From Bryobacterales bacterium (GTDB taxonomy: Bacteria > Acidobacteriota > Terriglobia > Bryobacterales > UBA6623): a stretch of DNA of 64,000 nt. Positions within the stretch are counted from its first letter, which is position 1. The number at the start of each line of letters is the position of its first letter. Of this stretch, positions 60,267 to 64,000 are shown one piece after another. The position numbers were made by a program, and so were the translations under genes. Below the pieces are notes generated by a model that saw only the letters and a list, made by a program, of their open reading frames with translations, was not told the origin of the DNA and did no database searches. The stretch covers positions 2,376,720 through 2,440,719 of the forward strand of contig OZ241991.1 in NCBI GenBank assembly GCA_965204095.1. The letters are read 5' to 3'.

Positions 60267-61547
60267 ATGCAACTTCAAAAGCTTGTTCCCATACGACAGA
60301 ACTTTCCGGACCGGGGGTTGCGGGACATTCCCCTGGCCGTGCACGAGACGATGGGAGTTGCCGAGTGGACGAACGGGGTTCCAGCCGGAAGCCGCATCGC
60401 AGTGGGCGTGGGCAGCCGCGGCATCACGAACATCGATATGATCGCCAAGGCCGTCGTGGACTTCTGGAAATCGCGCGACTGCCTGCCGTTCATCATCCCC
60501 GTCATGGGGAGCCACGGGGCGGCGACCGGACCAGGGCAGGCCGAGGTTCTGGCGCATTACGGAATCCATGAAAAGACGATGGGTTGCCCGATCGTAAGTT
60601 CGCTCGATGTCGAGCCGATCGGCATAACGCCGGACGGCATCGAAGTCGTCATGGCGAAAGATGCCCTTGAAGCCGACGGAGTCATGCTGTGCTCGCGTAT
60701 CAAATGGCACACTGACTTCGAAGGCAAGCTCGAAAGCGGTATCCACAAGATGATGGCCATCGGACTGGGCAAGCGTGCCGGAGCACAGGTCTATCACACT
60801 CACGGGCTCAACCTCGGCTTGGAGCATGTCATCCGCACCGTAGGCGCTGTGGTGCTTGGTACGGGTAAGATGCTCGGTGGGTTGGCGATCCTGGAAGACG
60901 CCCATCATCACACCGCCGAAGTTCACGCTGTCGGCGCGGCGGGCATGGTCGAGGAAGAAGAAGAGCTGCTGGCCCGCGTGAAATCGTGGAAACCGAACAT
61001 TCCGGTCAAGGAACTCGACATTCTCATCGTCGACGAGATCGGCAAGAACTTCAGCGGCTCCGGCATGGACACCAAGATCATCAACCGCAGCGGACGCCGC
61101 GGCCCCAACACTTGGAAGGATGTTCCAACGATCCACCGCATCTTTTCACGCGACTTGAGCCCGCTCAGTAACGGCAATGCGATTGGCATCGGTCTGTCGG
61201 ATGTCATCTCCGACAGGCTCTTCAACAAGATCGACTTCGAGCCGACTTGGATCAACAGCCTGACCGCATCGAGCCTCACCGCCTCCTACGTTCCGCTGCA
61301 CTTCGCTGATGACCGCACCTGCATCGAGAAAATCGCTCCCACCTGCGGCAAGCTCGACATGAGCGAGGTCACGATTGCCTGGATCCGCAATACCATGGAT
61401 ATCAACGAGCTCATGATCAGCGAGAACCTTCTCGATGAAGTACTCCGGAATCCGGAAGTCGAGATTCTGGGAGAGGCGCGCGAGATCGAGTACGATGCTG
61501 ACGGCAATCTGTCCGTCGTTGGGGAAGCGGAGGCCATCGCGCACTAA
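60267..61547 (+). CDS. Lactate-racemase-like (LarA N-terminal / DUF2088) domain protein
   Basis: IAVGVGSRGITNIDMIAKAVVDFWKSRDCLPFIIPVMGSHGAATGPGQAEVL resembles the DUF2088-type pattern I recall. Family assignment is moderate. Confidence 0.5.
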   Translation: MQLQKLVPIRQNFPDRGLRDIPLAVHETMGVAEWTNGVPAGSRIAVGVGSRGITNIDMIAKAVVDFWKSRDCLPFIIPVMGSHGAATGPGQAEVLAHYGIHEKTMGCPIVSSLDVEPIGITPDGIEVVMAKDALEADGVMLCSRIKWHTDFEGKLESGIHKMMAIGLGKRAGAQVYHTHGLNLGLEHVIRTVGAVVLGTGKMLGGLAILEDAHHHTAEVHAVGAAGMVEEEEELLARVKSWKPNIPVKELDILIVDEIGKNFSGSGMDTKIINRSGRRGPNTWKDVPTIHRIFSRDLSPLSNGNAIGIGLSDVISDRLFNKIDFEPTWINSLTASSLTASYVPLHFADDRTCIEKIAPTCGKLDMSEVTIAWIRNTMDINELMISENLLDEVLRNPEVEILGEAREIEYDADGNLSVVGEAEAIAH

Positions 61548-61555
61548 CTCCCTGA

Positions 61556-62398
61556 ATGCCGCTCTTGCAAGTGGTCATCCTGGCGCTCGTCCAGGCAGCC
61601 ACGGAGTTTCTACCGGTCAGCAGCACCGCCCATCTGGTGCTTGTCCCCTGGGTCCTGGGCTGGAAGGATCCCGGTTTATTCTTCGACATCGCACTGCACT
61701 TCGGTACGCTGATCGCGGTGCTGGTCTACTTCGCCCGGACTTGGATCCGGCTGATCTTTTCAGGCCTTGGCAAGCAGGTATTCCGCCCGAGACCCGATCA
61801 TCCGGACGCGGCGCTGTACGACAACCCGCGGCTGTTCTGGTTTCTGGTGGCGGCAACCTTTCCGGCAGGCATCGCCGGGATGGCGCTCGAGGATTACGTC
61901 GAGACCACGCTACGCAGTCCGGTCGTCATCGGCGTCATGCTGATCGCGGTAGGATTCTTGATTTGGTGGGCCGAACGCCGCGGCCGCCTTGATAACGATC
62001 TCGACCGCATGAGCCTGCGTCAAGCCATGCTCATCGGTTGCGCGCAAGCCATTGCACTGATCCCCGGAACCTCTCGATCCGGCATCACCATAGCCACTGG
62101 ACTGTTTCTGGGCTTCAAACGTCCGGCGGCGGCCCGGTTTTCTTTCCTGCTCTCGGCGCCTATCATCGCCGGCGCTTCCGTCAAAGCCGCACTCGACGTC
62201 TTGGGAGACGGAATCCCGACCGGCATGCAAGTCCCTTTCCTGGTCGGCATCCTGGTCAGCGCCGTTGGTGGCCATGCCGTGATCGCCTTGTTCCTACGCT
62301 ATCTCCAGCATTCGACAATGAGGGTCTTTGTCTATTACCGCCTGATTTTTGGCATAATAGTATTGGCCTTGGCGTTATTCTTCCGCTTCCCCGTTTGA
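61556..62398 (+). CDS. uppP: Undecaprenyl-diphosphate phosphatase
   Basis: ATEFLPVSSTAHL and PGTSRSG motifs of BacA/UppP. Polytopic membrane protein. Confidence 0.9.
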   Translation: MPLLQVVILALVQAATEFLPVSSTAHLVLVPWVLGWKDPGLFFDIALHFGTLIAVLVYFARTWIRLIFSGLGKQVFRPRPDHPDAALYDNPRLFWFLVAATFPAGIAGMALEDYVETTLRSPVVIGVMLIAVGFLIWWAERRGRLDNDLDRMSLRQAMLIGCAQAIALIPGTSRSGITIATGLFLGFKRPAAARFSFLLSAPIIAGASVKAALDVLGDGIPTGMQVPFLVGILVSAVGGHAVIALFLRYLQHSTMRVFVYYRLIFGIIVLALALFFRFPV

Positions 62399-62460
62399 GC
62401 GGCCTCCGTCAATAGGCGCAGACCAATCGGAGCGTCGGGTGAGAACGAGGGTGGAGAGGA

Positions 62461-64000
62461 ATGCGCTTCTTACAACCCACTGGCATCCGACGGCTGAATG
62501 AGCCGATAGGGTTTATTGCGCTCATCCTGGCTGTCGCGCTATGTCTCAGCCTGATTTCCTATCAGCCGTTCGATCCCTCCTGGAACGTAGTCGGCACAAC
62601 GGAATCGGCAAGCAACCTGATCGGCTTTCCAGGGGCGTATCTCAGCGATCTGCTGTTGCAATCACTGGGCTGGGCGGCCTTTCTTCTCCCACTTTACCTG
62701 GTGGCGCTGGGCTGGTCCTGGGTGTGCTCGACGCCGCTTGCCATGCCGATCGGCAGGACGACCGGAGCACTATTGCTGTTGGTGGTCTTGGCGACGGCAT
62801 TCAGCCTGAGTAACACCGCCCCCTGGCGTGGAACGATCGCAGCAGGCGGCGTGCTGGGGACGCTGTTGTCCGAGTTACTGATTTTCTATCTCAACCAGAC
62901 GGGCCTGGTTTTGGTCTTGGCGATGTTCGCGATCGTATCCGTGTATCTGATCACGTCGTTTGAACTGCGCGCTGGCAAGGGTTGGTTCATCGGGGGGCCT
63001 CGCCGATTTGGCGTTTTTGCGAATCCCTGGAGGGCTTGGCGGAAGAGACGAAAGGCCCCGGCAACCGAGAGAAACCCACGGCGGCATACCCTCATAGACC
63101 CCTCTGCGGCGCTACCGGTCAGCGAAGCTCCAGAGGAGCCTCGGCTACCCGTGGATCCCATCGAATCGGGTCAGGACGCACCGGAAGACTTGGGAACGCC
63201 GCCGATCATCCCATACGAGGCGGATGCGGAACCGGAGGAATCCGCCAACTCGCTGGAAACCGAGTCGGAGCCCGCTGCGCCGATCCCAGAGGAGCAGCCC
63301 AGAACCTACCATCTTCCTTCCACGCTGTTGCTGCGCCGGCCGGACCCGAAAAGCGCTTACGATCCCGATGAACTCCACGCCATCGCCCGGCAGATCTGCA
63401 CCAAGTACCAAGAGTTCGGCGTCGGAGGAACCGTCACTCAGATCAATCCCGGCCCGGTTGTCACCACCTTCGAGTTCAAGCCCGATCCGGGTATCAAGTA
63501 CACCAAGATCGTGAACTTGTCAGAGGACCTCTGTCTGGCCCTCGAGTGCGAATCGATCATGGTGGAGCGCATACCCGGTAAGTCCACGATCGGCATCGAA
63601 GTTCCCAACCGCAGGCGGGAAGTGATTTCGTTCCGGGAAGTAATCGAAGCTCCGGAGTTCAGCGAATCCAACTCGCTGCTGACGATGGCGATGGGCAAAG
63701 ACATCGATGGGCGAATCAAGAGCGCCGATCTCGCCTCGATGCCTCACCTGCTGATTGCCGGTTCGACCGGATCCGGCAAGAGCGTCCTGATCAACAGCAT
63801 CATCATGTCCGTGCTGTACAAGGCCACGCCGGACGAGGTGCGCTTCATCATGATTGACCCCAAAACCGTGGAATTGGGGCTGTACGTCGATATCCCGCAC
63901 TTGCTCACGCCCGTGATCACCGACATGAAGAAAGCCTCGCATGCGTTGAAGAACGTAACACGCGAGATGGAGCGCCGTCTCAAGCTGCTCGCCGAGTTCG
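62461..64000 (+). CDS. ftsK: DNA translocase FtsK/SpoIIIE (3' end outside window)
   Basis: The frame is open from ATG 62461 to the window end. The frame is not in the ORF track, presumably because it has no stop inside the window. N-terminal TM helices, a Pro/Glu-rich linker, then PGPVVTTFEF...PHLLIAGSTGSGKSV (Walker A). Confidence 0.85.
   Translation, partial: MRFLQPTGIRRLNEPIGFIALILAVALCLSLISYQPFDPSWNVVGTTESASNLIGFPGAYLSDLLLQSLGWAAFLLPLYLVALGWSWVCSTPLAMPIGRTTGALLLLVVLATAFSLSNTAPWRGTIAAGGVLGTLLSELLIFYLNQTGLVLVLAMFAIVSVYLITSFELRAGKGWFIGGPRRFGVFANPWRAWRKRRKAPATERNPRRHTLIDPSAALPVSEAPEEPRLPVDPIESGQDAPEDLGTPPIIPYEADAEPEESANSLETESEPAAPIPEEQPRTYHLPSTLLLRRPDPKSAYDPDELHAIARQICTKYQEFGVGGTVTQINPGPVVTTFEFKPDPGIKYTKIVNLSEDLCLALECESIMVERIPGKSTIGIEVPNRRREVISFREVIEAPEFSESNSLLTMAMGKDIDGRIKSADLASMPHLLIAGSTGSGKSVLINSIIMSVLYKATPDEVRFIMIDPKTVELGLYVDIPHLLTPVITDMKKASHALKNVTREMERRLKLLAEF

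Overview
High-GC (about 62-68% in core genes) bacterial chromosomal segment. The gene content includes a PSCyt/DUF1592 + DUF1501 pair, a PEGA-domain Ser/Thr kinase, VWA and CHAD proteins and several Tat-signal oxidoreductases. This suggests an Acidobacteriota-like (Solibacter/Bryobacter-type) genome, by inference only.

Most of the window is ordinary housekeeping or metabolic DNA:
- panE and an IlvD/Edd dehydratase
- a mobA-like/radical-SAM/hxlA/hxlB operon
- a cold-shock gene and glycerate kinase
- an argS ... nudix-aroA-argF-argG-argH-argR block
- sulfite reductase, uppP and ftsK

Four things stand out.
1. An abundant MITE-like repeat family has 11 copies covering about 4.6% of the window. 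Copies carry about 20-40 bp terminal inverted repeats, and the long forms contain internal arrays of a 7-nt GTGWYTC unit. Copies abut gene starts and donate stop codons.
2. A mosaic island of about 7 kb lies directly 3' of tRNA-Lys(CUU), at about 29.9-36.9 kb. It is built from short ORFs: two decayed toxin-antitoxin pairs, a low-GC NucS/DUF91-like nuclease, an ORF6N protein, a UDG-like protein and a 3-copy 89-aa small ORF family. These are separated by a second conserved structured repeat (called E2 here), in a cassette-like arrangement. No integrase is present.
3. A tight three-gene cluster encodes a HemN-like radical SAM enzyme, a flavin-dependent-halogenase-like protein and a PaaK-like ligase.
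4. The 5' end of a large secreted zincin-like gene is tandemly duplicated, and the upstream copy is pseudogenised.

A 320-bp argS/nudix intergenic region has ZTP(pfl)-riboswitch-like sequence signatures that need a covariance-model check. No rRNA, CRISPR array, transposase or integrase was seen. All functional calls come from reading the translations by eye; no database search was run.
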